Shown one piece after another: positions 27,235-36,788 of a DNA stretch of 44,335 nt. Origin of the DNA: a virus (lineage: Duplodnaviria > Caudoviricetes); the IMG/VR virus record IMGVR_UViG_3300032103_000228, positions 1 to 44,335 of that record; one strand, given 5' to 3'. The notes beneath the pieces are model-generated. The model was given only the letters and a program-made list of their open reading frames with translations, was not told where the DNA came from and did no database searches. Made by a program: the position numbers and the translations under genes. Positions within the stretch are counted from its first letter, which is position 1. Each line of letters begins with the position of its first letter.

Positions 27235-28284
27235 ATGTGCGCGATTATTGGATGGGCAGGAAAATTGCCAAAAGGCCTGTTGACCCGGCTCCTCGTGGCG
27301 TCGGAAGCCAGAGGCCGTGATTCGACTGGTGTCTCGTTCAGAACTCTGGACGAGTCTGGCAAACCCTCAAACCTTTGCTACCGCCAAGTTGTGCCGGCAC
27401 GGACGTTCGTGGAGCTGCACAAGTCCTTCATGAGCGACGCTCGGCGCGCCCCCCGCGGTCTAGCGCACACTCGACGGGCAAGCCCCGGCATGCCCGTCGA
27501 CAATTTGAACGCCCACCCTTACACCTGGCCCTACCAGCCTTACGGCCGTTACCTGTTTGCCCACAATGGCCGCATCGAAAACTGGGTCGACATCAAGGCC
27601 AAGTGGCTGGATCAGTACAGCAATGAGCTGAATGCAAAGGTGGCCGAGGTCGTTGAGCTGCTCAAGCCGATTGACGAGACCGTCACGCCTGAGTTTCTCT
27701 TGAAAGTACTTCGGGATTGTGTGGCGGGCGCGTTGGTGAAGGACGACAAGGGCGGCGAGAAGATCAAGTGTCTTCCGCTCCCGACCATCTGGTCGACTGA
27801 CAGCACAGCGGCCGTCTTGAAGGACTTGCTGGCGCACTTTTCAAGGACATATTACTTCGAGATCGCAACCACGGATTCGATGGTCCTTGGGCCGCATGTG
27901 GAGAACCGCGACTTTTCGAACCTGGTCGGGTGCATGGCGGTGGTGTGGATGAAGGCCGACAAGGTGTTCACTTACCGATGTGCCAAAGAGGCCATCGTGG
28001 CCAACATCATCTGGAAGTACAAAAAGCCCGCCGATGGTGAGTCCAAGGACGACCAGATGTTGACGGTGGTGTCCAGCACTCCTGAGATCATTGTGGACAG
28101 TATCGGAAAGCTGGTCGACATCGAGGTTGATTACGCTTTCAGCGACATTCGCGAAGGCACGGTCTACGAAATCACCCCGACTGGAATTGAGAGTCAGGGC
28201 AGTGTCCCGTCGCCTGTGGGTCACGAGGACAAATTCACCTCGGACGTGGTTGAAGGCCCTGACGGGGCCCCGATCGCTGAATGA
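27235..28284 (+). CDS. Class II glutamine amidotransferase (Ntn) with a large internal insertion
   Basis: MCAIIG (Cys2), RGRDSTG, AHTRRAS, NAHP, AHNGRIEN, TDS. Confidence 0.88.
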   Translation: MCAIIGWAGKLPKGLLTRLLVASEARGRDSTGVSFRTLDESGKPSNLCYRQVVPARTFVELHKSFMSDARRAPRGLAHTRRASPGMPVDNLNAHPYTWPYQPYGRYLFAHNGRIENWVDIKAKWLDQYSNELNAKVAEVVELLKPIDETVTPEFLLKVLRDCVAGALVKDDKGGEKIKCLPLPTIWSTDSTAAVLKDLLAHFSRTYYFEIATTDSMVLGPHVENRDFSNLVGCMAVVWMKADKVFTYRCAKEAIVANIIWKYKKPADGESKDDQMLTVVSSTPEIIVDSIGKLVDIEVDYAFSDIREGTVYEITPTGIESQGSVPSPVGHEDKFTSDVVEGPDGAPIAE

Positions 28285-28616
28285 AACTGAAAATGTCAGA
28301 ACTGATAGGGGTGCCAGACAGGAAATGCTGCAAATGCAAGGCGCCTGTGGAGGCCGAACGGGTTAGGATTCTGAACTCTAACCTGTGTGCCTCGTGCGCT
28401 CATGAGTTGGAGCAGAAGCTTGTCGCCAAGAATGGCGGTCCCTTGATTCATCGGGCGACTCTACGCCGGCAATACAAGTTTAATTTCAATGAGATTCACG
28501 TTCCGCACGAATGGGAAGAGCCCAAGTCGAAGCGCAAGAAAAGACTGATTCCCGTGCTGATGCTGGACGAACGCCGTCGGTCAAAGTGCCTTATCACGGC
28601 TGTCTACGACGACTAG
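28281..28616 (+). CDS. TraR/DksA-type C4 zinc-finger protein
   Basis: CCKCKAPVEAERVRIL...LCASCA. Confidence 0.6.
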   Translation: MKLKMSELIGVPDRKCCKCKAPVEAERVRILNSNLCASCAHELEQKLVAKNGGPLIHRATLRRQYKFNFNEIHVPHEWEEPKSKRKKRLIPVLMLDERRRSKCLITAVYDD

Positions 28617-28822
28617 TCTTCTTCTCCCGGCTTTGGGTGCTCCCATCGCCGATCGCCTTCGAGGAACAGTTCGGAAGCGATCAATCTCACGGCCATGTCA
28701 ACTTTTTCAGCGTCTGCCCCGATGGTGACAAAGCGCACTTCGTTCATGCCGGGTACGGTCACTGCAGCTTTGAGGCCGCACTTATTCAGCAGCGCTCTTC
28801 CGTCTTCAACGGTCAGGTTCAT
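28613..28822 (-). CDS. Hypothetical protein
   Basis: 69-aa ORF, ATGA-coupled to the helicase. Confidence 0.6.
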   Translation of the reverse strand: MNLTVEDGRALLNKCGLKAAVTVPGMNEVRFVTIGADAEKVDMAVRLIASELFLEGDRRWEHPKPGEED

Positions 28823-30216
28823 CGCAGTTCCTCGGGCAAGGCTTCTTCATCGCGGTTTCCACGCCGGCGTCGACGTTGGTTGCCGTCTTCTTCAGGGTCG
28901 TATGGGATTTCCTCATTGATTCTGATTTGCATCACCTCGGGCGAAACTTCACCACGAAAGTGCTGCTCAGACTTGCCGTGGCGGTTGATGAAGACAAACA
29001 GTCGGATGACGTTTTGGCGGTACTCAGCTTCGGTTGCGCACAGCCCGATGGCCGCGTCTACCACGCCGCCGACGCCGAAGTAACCGCGGAACGACGTCAT
29101 GTTAGGAACGGCAAGTCCCACTGTCTCACGGTTGCAGCGGTCAGGCATGATGACGCAGCAACCTAGTTCCTTGCCCATGGCACGGGCATCGGTGTAGACG
29201 TCATACTGTTGCAGGTAGTCTTTGACGTTTTTGGTTTCAGCAGACCGGACAGTTTCCGCGTAGTCCACGACGATGGCTTTGGGCCGGAGTCCGAATTGCC
29301 GAATGGCCTGCTTGGCGTGCGCCTTGATCTGGCCAATGGTCGCTTGCTTCGCGGGAAAGTCCTTGAACAGCAGATTTCCCGCGATGGTGTGCGTCATGCT
29401 CTCGTGCACCGCGGACTTGAACTTCTCTGGGGAGTCCCAGAGATAGTCCATGTTTTTGCCCGTGATGTTGGTTAACGCCCGGATGGCTGCAAGTTCCTGC
29501 GAGATTTCGCACGAATAGTAGAGGACGTCCTGCGCGATAACCGGACCGGCGATGTTCAGCGCTAAGTTGATGCAAAATGCGGTCTTGTAACGCTTGGGCG
29601 GGGCAACTGGCACGATGAGCCAGCCGGGACCCCAGCCATTTCTCCACACTCCATCGAGTAGCGGGTAGCCGGTGGGCACCCCGTAGTCTCGCGCCGTGAC
29701 CTTGTCAATGATGGCGTCGGAGTGGGCGTGCAGGATGTAGCCCATGTCATCCAGGTTCTGGCCGACGTTCAAGGCGTCTTCGAACATCTTGACGACGTCC
29801 ACGTCTACCGGCTTGGCATCTTTGATGTTCTCGATGACCTTTCGGACTGATGTTAGGACCTCGCGCTCTCGCGCAAAAGCGACCGACCGGTCGACGACGT
29901 AGTCAATGTCTCCGGTGTCCATCTGCTGGAGTTTGGTCAGGTACTCGCGCACTTTGTTTGGCACGTCGTCTTCAGTGACCTCCACCCGGCGCGCTTGGGA
30001 TTCTGACAACTCGGTCAGGGTTTCCCAGCTCGGAAACCGTCCAAATTTGGCACTGTGGTTAAGCGCCGCTTCAGCCACAATGGTCGCGTGTGTGCCAGTG
30101 AATTGACTGGCCTTGAACACCCGGTCGAACTTCAGCATCTGGTCAGGGTGCTGCAGGATGCAAGCCAGGACCAGGTCTTGAAACTCGTTGGTGAAGTTGT
30201 ACTGTTCGCGTTGCAT
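28819..30216 (-). CDS. DnaB/gp41-like replicative helicase (divergent)
   Basis: VPTGYPLLD..G, APPKRYKT, YSCEIS, IVVDYA; N-terminal helical domain. Confidence 0.8.
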   Translation of the reverse strand: MQREQYNFTNEFQDLVLACILQHPDQMLKFDRVFKASQFTGTHATIVAEAALNHSAKFGRFPSWETLTELSESQARRVEVTEDDVPNKVREYLTKLQQMDTGDIDYVVDRSVAFAREREVLTSVRKVIENIKDAKPVDVDVVKMFEDALNVGQNLDDMGYILHAHSDAIIDKVTARDYGVPTGYPLLDGVWRNGWGPGWLIVPVAPPKRYKTAFCINLALNIAGPVIAQDVLYYSCEISQELAAIRALTNITGKNMDYLWDSPEKFKSAVHESMTHTIAGNLLFKDFPAKQATIGQIKAHAKQAIRQFGLRPKAIVVDYAETVRSAETKNVKDYLQQYDVYTDARAMGKELGCCVIMPDRCNRETVGLAVPNMTSFRGYFGVGGVVDAAIGLCATEAEYRQNVIRLFVFINRHGKSEQHFRGEVSPEVMQIRINEEIPYDPEEDGNQRRRRRGNRDEEALPEELR

Positions 30217-31232
30217 TAGGATCGGAGGTATGCCAGTGCCGAGAAGTCATGGTCAACCAGACGCTCGACAAAGTAGTTTTTCATCGCGATGGAAAGCTGT
30301 CCCCATAGGGTCATCATGTCAGTGACCTCAGGAGACCGCGTGGTAAAGTCGTCAGGAGAGAACCCATAGTGGACCAAAACCCGCTTGATGGCAATAGGCG
30401 CATTCCGTTCTCGGATGCTGAAGACTGCTTTGGTTTGGCGACCTTTGCGCCGGCTGTCTTTCTTGAGCTCGTGGTGCACCTTGCTGACCGCGTAGCGGTG
30501 GCGGTTGAGCTCGGAGATTTCGGAGTGCACACCGCGATTTGGGAGTAACACTAACCGAATGTAGGAGTCTTCAATGGCTAGCCAGTATGGGTCAAGCGCC
30601 AGTTCCTTGGACTGGTAAAATGGGAGCCCGTAAGCGCCTGGATACCGAAGCTTGTAGCCCACGATCCACTGGCCAGCGATGATTTCGCTGTTGAGCATCT
30701 TGGCCTCAAGACCTTGGTCTTGGGTCTTCATGACGTTGTTCAACGCCTGGAGGTCGAATGTGCCAAAGGCCTTGCTGCAAGCGCCTCGGTAAAGCTCGGC
30801 CCGACGAATGGCGTATGGTCCAAGTAGCGCGTTGGCGTAGAAAGTGCGTTGTGGCGCAGTGGCACGGTGTCCAAACATGGAGGCCAGCATGAACATGCGG
30901 AGTGTGCAGCCCGTCTGGTCGCACGCTGCTTGCAAGATTTCTGCTGCGCGTGGCCGACGGTCAAGCCGGTCAGTTGGGGCGCGTTCAAAGATGGTCAGGT
31001 AGCACCGCTCGTAGAGCTGCTGAAGTTCGTTGAGCTCGGGGTCTGATGGGAGCTGGGTCTCTTCAAGCTTTGGGGTGAAGTTGAACGATAGCTCAGAAAG
31101 CCGTGGACGCGCGCGTTTGCCCATGAACGCTCGGCACTCAATACGGTGGGGACAGTTAGCGCAGCGCGGGTCAGCTTTGTCGAACTCTAAGCTGAAGCAG
31201 GGCAACGGGGCTTTGATTGGTATTCTTTCCAC
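30216..31232 (-). CDS. Hypothetical protein with N-terminal Cys cluster
   Basis: 338-aa ORF, CF...C..CPH..EC; coupled to the helicase. Confidence 0.75.
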   Translation of the reverse strand: MERIPIKAPLPCFSLEFDKADPRCANCPHRIECRAFMGKRARPRLSELSFNFTPKLEETQLPSDPELNELQQLYERCYLTIFERAPTDRLDRRPRAAEILQAACDQTGCTLRMFMLASMFGHRATAPQRTFYANALLGPYAIRRAELYRGACSKAFGTFDLQALNNVMKTQDQGLEAKMLNSEIIAGQWIVGYKLRYPGAYGLPFYQSKELALDPYWLAIEDSYIRLVLLPNRGVHSEISELNRHRYAVSKVHHELKKDSRRKGRQTKAVFSIRERNAPIAIKRVLVHYGFSPDDFTTRSPEVTDMMTLWGQLSIAMKNYFVERLVDHDFSALAYLRS

Positions 31233-31266
31233 TGCGTGATTTAGAATTGATTCTGATTAGAACTGC

Positions 31267-34200
31267 ATGAGTGACGAACCAAAAGCCAAGCGGGTCTCTA
31301 AGCCACGGCATGTCTTTCAGAACCTAGCCAGTCAGCCGCTGGTAATGAAGGACATCGACAAGTACTACCGTGACGCGCTTTCGTCGCTTCACGGCGTGTC
31401 AGACCAAGGTCGGATGTTGGTGACGACGTTTGACCCGGACAACCCGCTGGGCAACCTGACTCTTCAACCCGGACCTGAATTTGCGCTGTGCCAGAAGTGC
31501 AATCTCTGGGAGCAAGGGGCGGAAACTCCATTCATCAACTTTCAAGGGTCTGAAGACCCGTTGGTGACCGTCGTGGTCGACGCAGTGTCTGCCAAGGAAG
31601 ACCACTACGGAGAACTCGGGGCTGGCGGCACGTCAGCGTTCTTGAAGCGGCTGTTCACCGAGTTGGATTTTGACTTGAGCCACGTGCGCTGGGCGCCAAT
31701 CACCAAGTGTGCTGCGCGGTCAGGTTCACTACCAAACTTCTCAACCAAGGGAAAATGGTGCCGTCACTTTTTGGTTCAAGACCTGATGCGCCACCCTCCC
31801 AAAGTCATCATCCCAGTGGGAAGCGTGGCGCTTGGGTTGCTGTCGCACAAGTCAAATGCGCAAGATTGGAGCGGCCGTGAACTGGTCTATCGCGGGTGGC
31901 CAGACGACTGGTTGACAAACCCGGATTTTGCGCGTCCGCGCAAGCACCCGGCAGACCCAAAAGCGACCATCATCGGCCACCCCATTTTTGGCCCAATTCC
32001 TACCCACCGCATTCCAGTTGTGCCGGTGCAGGCACCCAGGATCGTCTACGCCACTCAAAATCCGCAGCTGGTTGAACGCTGGCAGCGCCACGTCAAGCAC
32101 GCGCTGCAGTGTGCCATCAATGGAGTGCAGCCTCGGGTTTACAACAAGGCCTGGTGGAAGCTGTCAACCGACCCGGACGAGATTGAAGAGGCCTTAATGG
32201 AGCTCATTGAGCACCCAGGCACGCTGGCGGCCTACGACACTGAAACCAACGGGGTCAAGCCGTGGGCGGTTGGTGCCGCGATCGTGTTCATGATGTTTCG
32301 TTGGATTAGCCCGGTGACTGGAAAGCCACGGTCGATCGGTTTTCCATGGGATTATCCGGAGAGTCCGTTGTTTGGCGACGTTGAGCGGTTGTCGCCGGTA
32401 GTGCTGCAGGCCATCTACAAGTCAACCATCGTGGCGCACAACGCGGCGTTCGACGCACTGTTCACTGCCGCAAACGTGCGAGGCGCGCACTTGGAGAGCA
32501 TCGCCGACAGCATGATGTATGACACGTGGCACATGGCTTACGCGTTGCGCCAAGCGACCGGCACGCTGGGCTTGGAGATGATTGCGTACCAGTGGGTGCC
32601 TGACATGGCGGGCTACGAAGAAGACATGGCGCTCTTGATTGAGCTGCACCGTGACACGCTGCATCCTGAAGAAGGCGGCCACTACGCCATGTGCCCGGCT
32701 GACAAGTGGGAGACGCATCTTAAGCCGTACGCCATGGGTGACGTGGAGGTGACCTACGAAGCCAAGGGCCAGATTGAAGAGCGATTGACCCAAGCTCAGG
32801 GGTTCAACATGCCGCTGGCTCACCCCTGCAATCGTGGAAGATTTCGTTGGTTTCGCCCTCCGAGCCGCCAGTGGGTCTACAACAGCGTGGTGTCGCCGGC
32901 TAACCGGACGCTCATCAAGATTATGGGCCGCGGCATGTATGTGGACACTAAGGAGCTGGAACGATTGGAAGACCTGTTCCCAAAGAAGATTCGTGAGCTT
33001 CGCGGTCAGCTCCGCGCGGTTGACCAGCGGGTCATGGAGTGGTGTGAGCAGAAAGAAGCCACCGAACCAGGCTGGGAATTGGACCTTGAGAACAAGACGC
33101 AACTCAAGGAGTGCCTGTTCAACGTGCTGGAGCTTCCAGTTAAACGGCTGACCGAAGCTGGCCGACGTGTGTTTGGAGAAGCAGACAACGTGCTGGCGTC
33201 GCTTCCGCGTGGCGAAGCCATCAAGTATGCTGCGTTGGACAAATACACCTTGAACATGATGTCGGTCGATCACCCTCAGGTGCGGCCGCTCCAGACCTAC
33301 CGCAAGGTCTTCAAGGAATACAGCTCCTATGTGCGCCCGATGCGCAACCTGTTTACCGAGGGGCTTGACAAGACGCGCCGCAAGACCATCCAACACTTGG
33401 CGCGTGACGGCTGTGTGCACGCGAGCTTCTTGCTGACAGGCACGCGCGGCGGCCGCCTTTGCGTGTCTAGAGACACGGAGCTTGACGTGCTGGTAGACGG
33501 GTTACCGGTACGAGTTGCAATTTCTGATCTTTACATGTTTTCTGGTAAACAAGTAGTTACGCTGACGCACACTGGTTGTCTGCGCCCAATTCGGAACTTG
33601 TTTTTCAAAGGTTATGAAGAGATGTTTTACGTCCGTACGCTCGGTGGTCGGGAAATTAAAGCCACCGCCGGGCACCTCATACACGCCGATCGGGGATGGG
33701 AAAGTATTAGCAGTCTCTCCGTCGGGAGTCAGCTACAAGTTGACGTACAAGCCGCGTCTTGGCGTTATTCTGACCGAGGACTCATTCGTGGAGCTGTCCT
33801 TGGACAAGAAGCTTGGGGTGAAGGAGATGTGTCCTTTGACTGGACGGAAAGTATGTCTGAGGAGCAGAAAGATTTATGGAAAGAAGTACGGTTTGGAGCT
33901 CAAAGAGCTTTGCAGTGCGAGATTAGCCCAGTCACAAAAGGGAAACAAGAATGGAAGGAGACTTCCGTCGGTGTCCATTCCAAAAGACGAGCTGGAAAAG
34001 TTAGTCATGGCGGGTCAGTCACTGACTTTAATCGCTCAAAGATACCGAACAACGGAGTTTATCGTTCAACGGAACATAGACTCGGCAGGTCTCCAGAGGA
34101 TTGGGTCTGCGCCGTTGTGGGCAAGGTCGTTGACGGAAGAGAGGATTGCTCAGATAGACACGATGTGCCCGGGGCTGAAAGACGCCTTTCACAAATTTTC

Positions 34201-36744
34201 CACGGACAAGCCAGCGTTTTACATGAAGGCGTACCAGTCGTTTCTTCAGCTGTTGGAAATGGCGTGGTTTTTGAAGGACGCTTGTTCAATTCCATTTTTG
34301 AGGTATCGCCACGAAAATGGCGGGTTGGACGAAGTCAGCTGGACCATGAACCGGTACGAAGTTTATTTTGCTCAGGAGTTGATCGCAGCGGGTGTGCCAT
34401 TTGTGCGAGAGTTCGTGTTTCACGGGGCGAAGAGGGCCGATTTTGCAATCGTGGGAACGAACATTTTGGTCGAAATCGATGGGCAGTACCGCACTTTGTT
34501 GGAAAACGCCAAAAGAGATCAGTTGACGGCGAGTCTTGGATACCAGACAGTACGGGTTTCTCTGAAAGAGGTGACAGAGTCCATTTCAGAGGTAGTCAAG
34601 AAGATTCAAGATTTGGCACAGACACCGTCTGCGAGATCAGGTCGGTTGGTTTGCAGGAGGTCTGGGACATAGAGGTTGAAGGAGACCATTCATACGTTGC
34701 AAATTCGTTCGTTCATCACAACAGTTGCAAAGAGCCTAACCTGCAGCAGCTTCCACGCGAGGGTCTCATCAAGCGGGTTTACACGTCCAGGTTTCTTGAC
34801 CGCGGGTGCGTCTATCAAGGTGACCTCAGCCAGATTGAATTACGGCTTTTGGCTGCCGCGTGCGGCGACGACGCCATGGTAGATGCTTACCATCGGGGGA
34901 TTGACCTGCACTCGCTGACCCACAGCAAGATTTACCGGAAGGCGTACGAGGAGTGCACGAATGACTACGTGGAGTGGCTGCAGCGGAACAACCGGACGTC
35001 TGACGCCAAGAAGGTCAAAGAGGAGCGCAAAGTCGCCAAGTGTGTAGACCCATTGACACTTGTGTCAATCAACGGAGAGCTCCGCCGGATAGGAGAGCTT
35101 CATTCTGGGCGTGAAGAAGACACATTCTATCCTGTTGCAGGTCTGCGCATCCAATCTCCCGATGGCCCGGACGTGCCCATACGTAACTTCTACAGTAACG
35201 GCACGAAACGAAGATTCCTGGTGGTAAGTCGCAGAGGTCTTGTCGTTTGCAGCGAGAATCATCCATTGGAGCTGTTTGACGGTCGCCTTAAAAAGGCTGG
35301 AGAGCTTCGTAAAGGAGATATTTTATCAGGATCAACTAGGATGGTTTCTAAAGCAGAAAGTCCGGAAGTTCAATTCAATCCATTTGGAAGTCAACCTTCC
35401 AGCGGGCCATTTTTCACAAAAGTTACTCCAGAGATGGCTTACCTGCTTGGGTTGTTTTACGGTGACGGTTGTTTGAACAAGGGACTCGTGTCTATTTCTA
35501 CCGGTGGGACTCCGAGCTATTTTGCGTGGCAAGACACAATTTCAGACGTAGCCAAAAGATGTGGATTTGAGCCGAGTATTAAAAGAACACTCTGGTCGGA
35601 AGAAACCGGGTCTTACGGAGCTGTGATATTTGGAAGCACTAGGGTGTCAGACTTGTTCGTTCAGCTTGGAGCAGTATCGTCGGACTTTAGGCGGCGCACC
35701 CTTCAACTTTCAGGTTGGTTGTTAAACGCCGACGATACGGTTAAACGAAACTTTCTTGCCGGTTGGTTTGACACAGACGGATCATCTACACGTTCTGGGT
35801 GCCTGAGCGGGACGGCTAAATCGTGGGCGCTGGTTCAGGACATCACTGTGCTGTTAAACACACTCGGGATTAGGTTCACTGTTGAGCCTTCATGGAACTC
35901 CAAGCACGAGAAATGGTATTTTCGAGTCAATCTTTCGGTTGAAGATTCATTTTCGTTCAAGGGACTGATGCGGCACGATAAGCGGCACAATTTACGCCAG
36001 TCGTCTTACCGTCCAAGAGTAAGTGAAAATAAGGTGGTTGAAGTTATCGAACTGGAAGCTGGAAGCCTAGTCGACGTTGAAGTTGTAAGCCAGAGTCATT
36101 TGTTCATAACAAACGGACTCACGTCCAGGAATACTGTGAACTTCTTGACTGGCTACGGTGGGGGAGCGTTTGGGCTTCAGACTTCACTGGCCAGTCAGGG
36201 CATCTACATGTCGTTGGACGAGTGCGAGAACATCTTGGAGTCTTTCTTTGACGCCTACCCGTCGTTGCGCCGCTACCTGTCCTACTACAAAAACTTCATC
36301 CTCAACAACGGGGTGGCTGTGTCGATTCTGGGACGCGTCCGGATTTTCGAGGAGGTCTTCGGCGACAACGAGGAAGCCAAGGCCAAAGCGTTACGCGCCG
36401 GTTGCAACCACTTGATCCAGAGCACAGCCTCAGACATGATGCTGATCTGCCTGATGGTCATTGAGGCCTGCATGCGAAACGAGGGCCTAGAGTCACTCCT
36501 GGTGTCCACGGTGCACGATTCTCTGGTCATTGACGCGATGCGCCATGAGCTTCCGGCCGTTCACGGGATTGTGGACGAGGTGTTGAACAACATCCCCAGT
36601 GTGATGACGGCCGTGTTCGGCAGCCACTACGATACGTCGTGGTGCATCGTCCCATTTGCGGGTGACAGCGAGGTGGGGCCAAACATGTTGGACGCCAAGA
36701 AGATTTCAACCAACCCTGACTGGGATGCGCTCCTTGCGGCATAG
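31267..36744 (+). CDS. polA: Family A DNA polymerase with N-terminal UDG-like domain and two inteins (~1040 aa after splicing)
   Basis: N-terminal C..C.L...KC...C UDG-like region; Exo DTET, HNAAFD, YAMGD; motif A DLSQIELR, B K|TVNF..GYG, C VHDS. Confidence 0.95.
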   Translation: MSDEPKAKRVSKPRHVFQNLASQPLVMKDIDKYYRDALSSLHGVSDQGRMLVTTFDPDNPLGNLTLQPGPEFALCQKCNLWEQGAETPFINFQGSEDPLVTVVVDAVSAKEDHYGELGAGGTSAFLKRLFTELDFDLSHVRWAPITKCAARSGSLPNFSTKGKWCRHFLVQDLMRHPPKVIIPVGSVALGLLSHKSNAQDWSGRELVYRGWPDDWLTNPDFARPRKHPADPKATIIGHPIFGPIPTHRIPVVPVQAPRIVYATQNPQLVERWQRHVKHALQCAINGVQPRVYNKAWWKLSTDPDEIEEALMELIEHPGTLAAYDTETNGVKPWAVGAAIVFMMFRWISPVTGKPRSIGFPWDYPESPLFGDVERLSPVVLQAIYKSTIVAHNAAFDALFTAANVRGAHLESIADSMMYDTWHMAYALRQATGTLGLEMIAYQWVPDMAGYEEDMALLIELHRDTLHPEEGGHYAMCPADKWETHLKPYAMGDVEVTYEAKGQIEERLTQAQGFNMPLAHPCNRGRFRWFRPPSRQWVYNSVVSPANRTLIKIMGRGMYVDTKELERLEDLFPKKIRELRGQLRAVDQRVMEWCEQKEATEPGWELDLENKTQLKECLFNVLELPVKRLTEAGRRVFGEADNVLASLPRGEAIKYAALDKYTLNMMSVDHPQVRPLQTYRKVFKEYSSYVRPMRNLFTEGLDKTRRKTIQHLARDGCVHASFLLTGTRGGRLCVSRDTELDVLVDGLPVRVAISDLYMFSGKQVVTLTHTGCLRPIRNLFFKGYEEMFYVRTLGGREIKATAGHLIHADRGWESISSLSVGSQLQVDVQAASWRYSDRGLIRGAVLGQEAWGEGDVSFDWTESMSEEQKDLWKEVRFGAQRALQCEISPVTKGKQEWKETSVGVHSKRRAGKVSHGGSVTDFNRSKIPNNGVYRSTEHRLGRSPEDWVCAVVGKVVDGREDCSDRHDVPGAERRLSQIFHGQASVLHEGVPVVSSAVGNGVVFEGRLFNSIFEVSPRKWRVGRSQLDHEPVRSLFCSGVDRSGCAICARVRVSRGEEGRFCNRGNEHFGRNRWAVPHFVGKRQKRSVDGESWIPDSTGFSERGDRVHFRGSQEDSRFGTDTVCEIRSVGLQEVWDIEVEGDHSYVANSFVHHNSCKEPNLQQLPREGLIKRVYTSRFLDRGCVYQGDLSQIELRLLAAACGDDAMVDAYHRGIDLHSLTHSKIYRKAYEECTNDYVEWLQRNNRTSDAKKVKEERKVAKCVDPLTLVSINGELRRIGELHSGREEDTFYPVAGLRIQSPDGPDVPIRNFYSNGTKRRFLVVSRRGLVVCSENHPLELFDGRLKKAGELRKGDILSGSTRMVSKAESPEVQFNPFGSQPSSGPFFTKVTPEMAYLLGLFYGDGCLNKGLVSISTGGTPSYFAWQDTISDVAKRCGFEPSIKRTLWSEETGSYGAVIFGSTRVSDLFVQLGAVSSDFRRRTLQLSGWLLNADDTVKRNFLAGWFDTDGSSTRSGCLSGTAKSWALVQDITVLLNTLGIRFTVEPSWNSKHEKWYFRVNLSVEDSFSFKGLMRHDKRHNLRQSSYRPRVSENKVVEVIELEAGSLVDVEVVSQSHLFITNGLTSRNTVNFLTGYGGGAFGLQTSLASQGIYMSLDECENILESFFDAYPSLRRYLSYYKNFILNNGVAVSILGRVRIFEEVFGDNEEAKAKALRAGCNHLIQSTASDMMLICLMVIEACMRNEGLESLLVSTVHDSLVIDAMRHELPAVHGIVDEVLNNIPSVMTAVFGSHYDTSWCIVPFAGDSEVGPNMLDAKKISTNPDWDALLAA
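33460..34722 (+). mobile_element. Intein 1 (421 aa) at the GRL|S site
   Basis: Starts CVSRDT, block B ATAGH, ends VWDIEV..DHSYVAN.FVHHN|S. Confidence 0.92.
33740..34672 (+). CDS. Out-of-frame (+1) Vsr/DUF559-like PD-(D/E)xK endonuclease nested in intein 1
   Basis: Frame open 33614-34672; HTH-like SLTLIAQRYRTT...V; nuclease-like E...AQEL...REF...RADF...LVEIDG...RD...GYQTVRV; start uncertain (TTG 33740 or ATG 33827). Confidence 0.8.
   Translation: MTYKPRLGVILTEDSFVELSLDKKLGVKEMCPLTGRKVCLRSRKIYGKKYGLELKELCSARLAQSQKGNKNGRRLPSVSIPKDELEKLVMAGQSLTLIAQRYRTTEFIVQRNIDSAGLQRIGSAPLWARSLTEERIAQIDTMCPGLKDAFHKFSTDKPAFYMKAYQSFLQLLEMAWFLKDACSIPFLRYRHENGGLDEVSWTMNRYEVYFAQELIAAGVPFVREFVFHGAKRADFAIVGTNILVEIDGQYRTLLENAKRDQLTASLGYQTVRVSLKEVTESISEVVKKIQDLAQTPSARSGRLVCRRSGT
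35041..36132 (+). mobile_element. Intein 2 (364 aa) with LAGLIDADG endonuclease, in polymerase motif B
   Basis: Starts CVDPLT, CSENH, YLLGLFYGDG and FLAGWFDTDG, ends HLFITNGLTSRN|T. Confidence 0.93.
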
Positions 36745-36750
36745 CAAAAT

Positions 36751-36782
36751 TTTGTTTACAAATTCAAGTCGCGCGGTATAGT
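36751..36782 (+). promoter_or_regulatory. Class A promoter
   Basis: TTTGTTTACA-N13-CGG-TATAGT; ATG 6 nt downstream (36789). Confidence 0.8.
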
Positions 36783-36788
36783 GGAATC

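Noticed and set aside
5042-33420. Long antisense ORFs (5042-5929, 16401-17327, 17853-18950, 32422-33420 and similar)
   Set aside because: Shadows of well-supported genes on the other strand in GC-rich DNA, with no recognisable motifs, unlike the +1 ORF in intein 1
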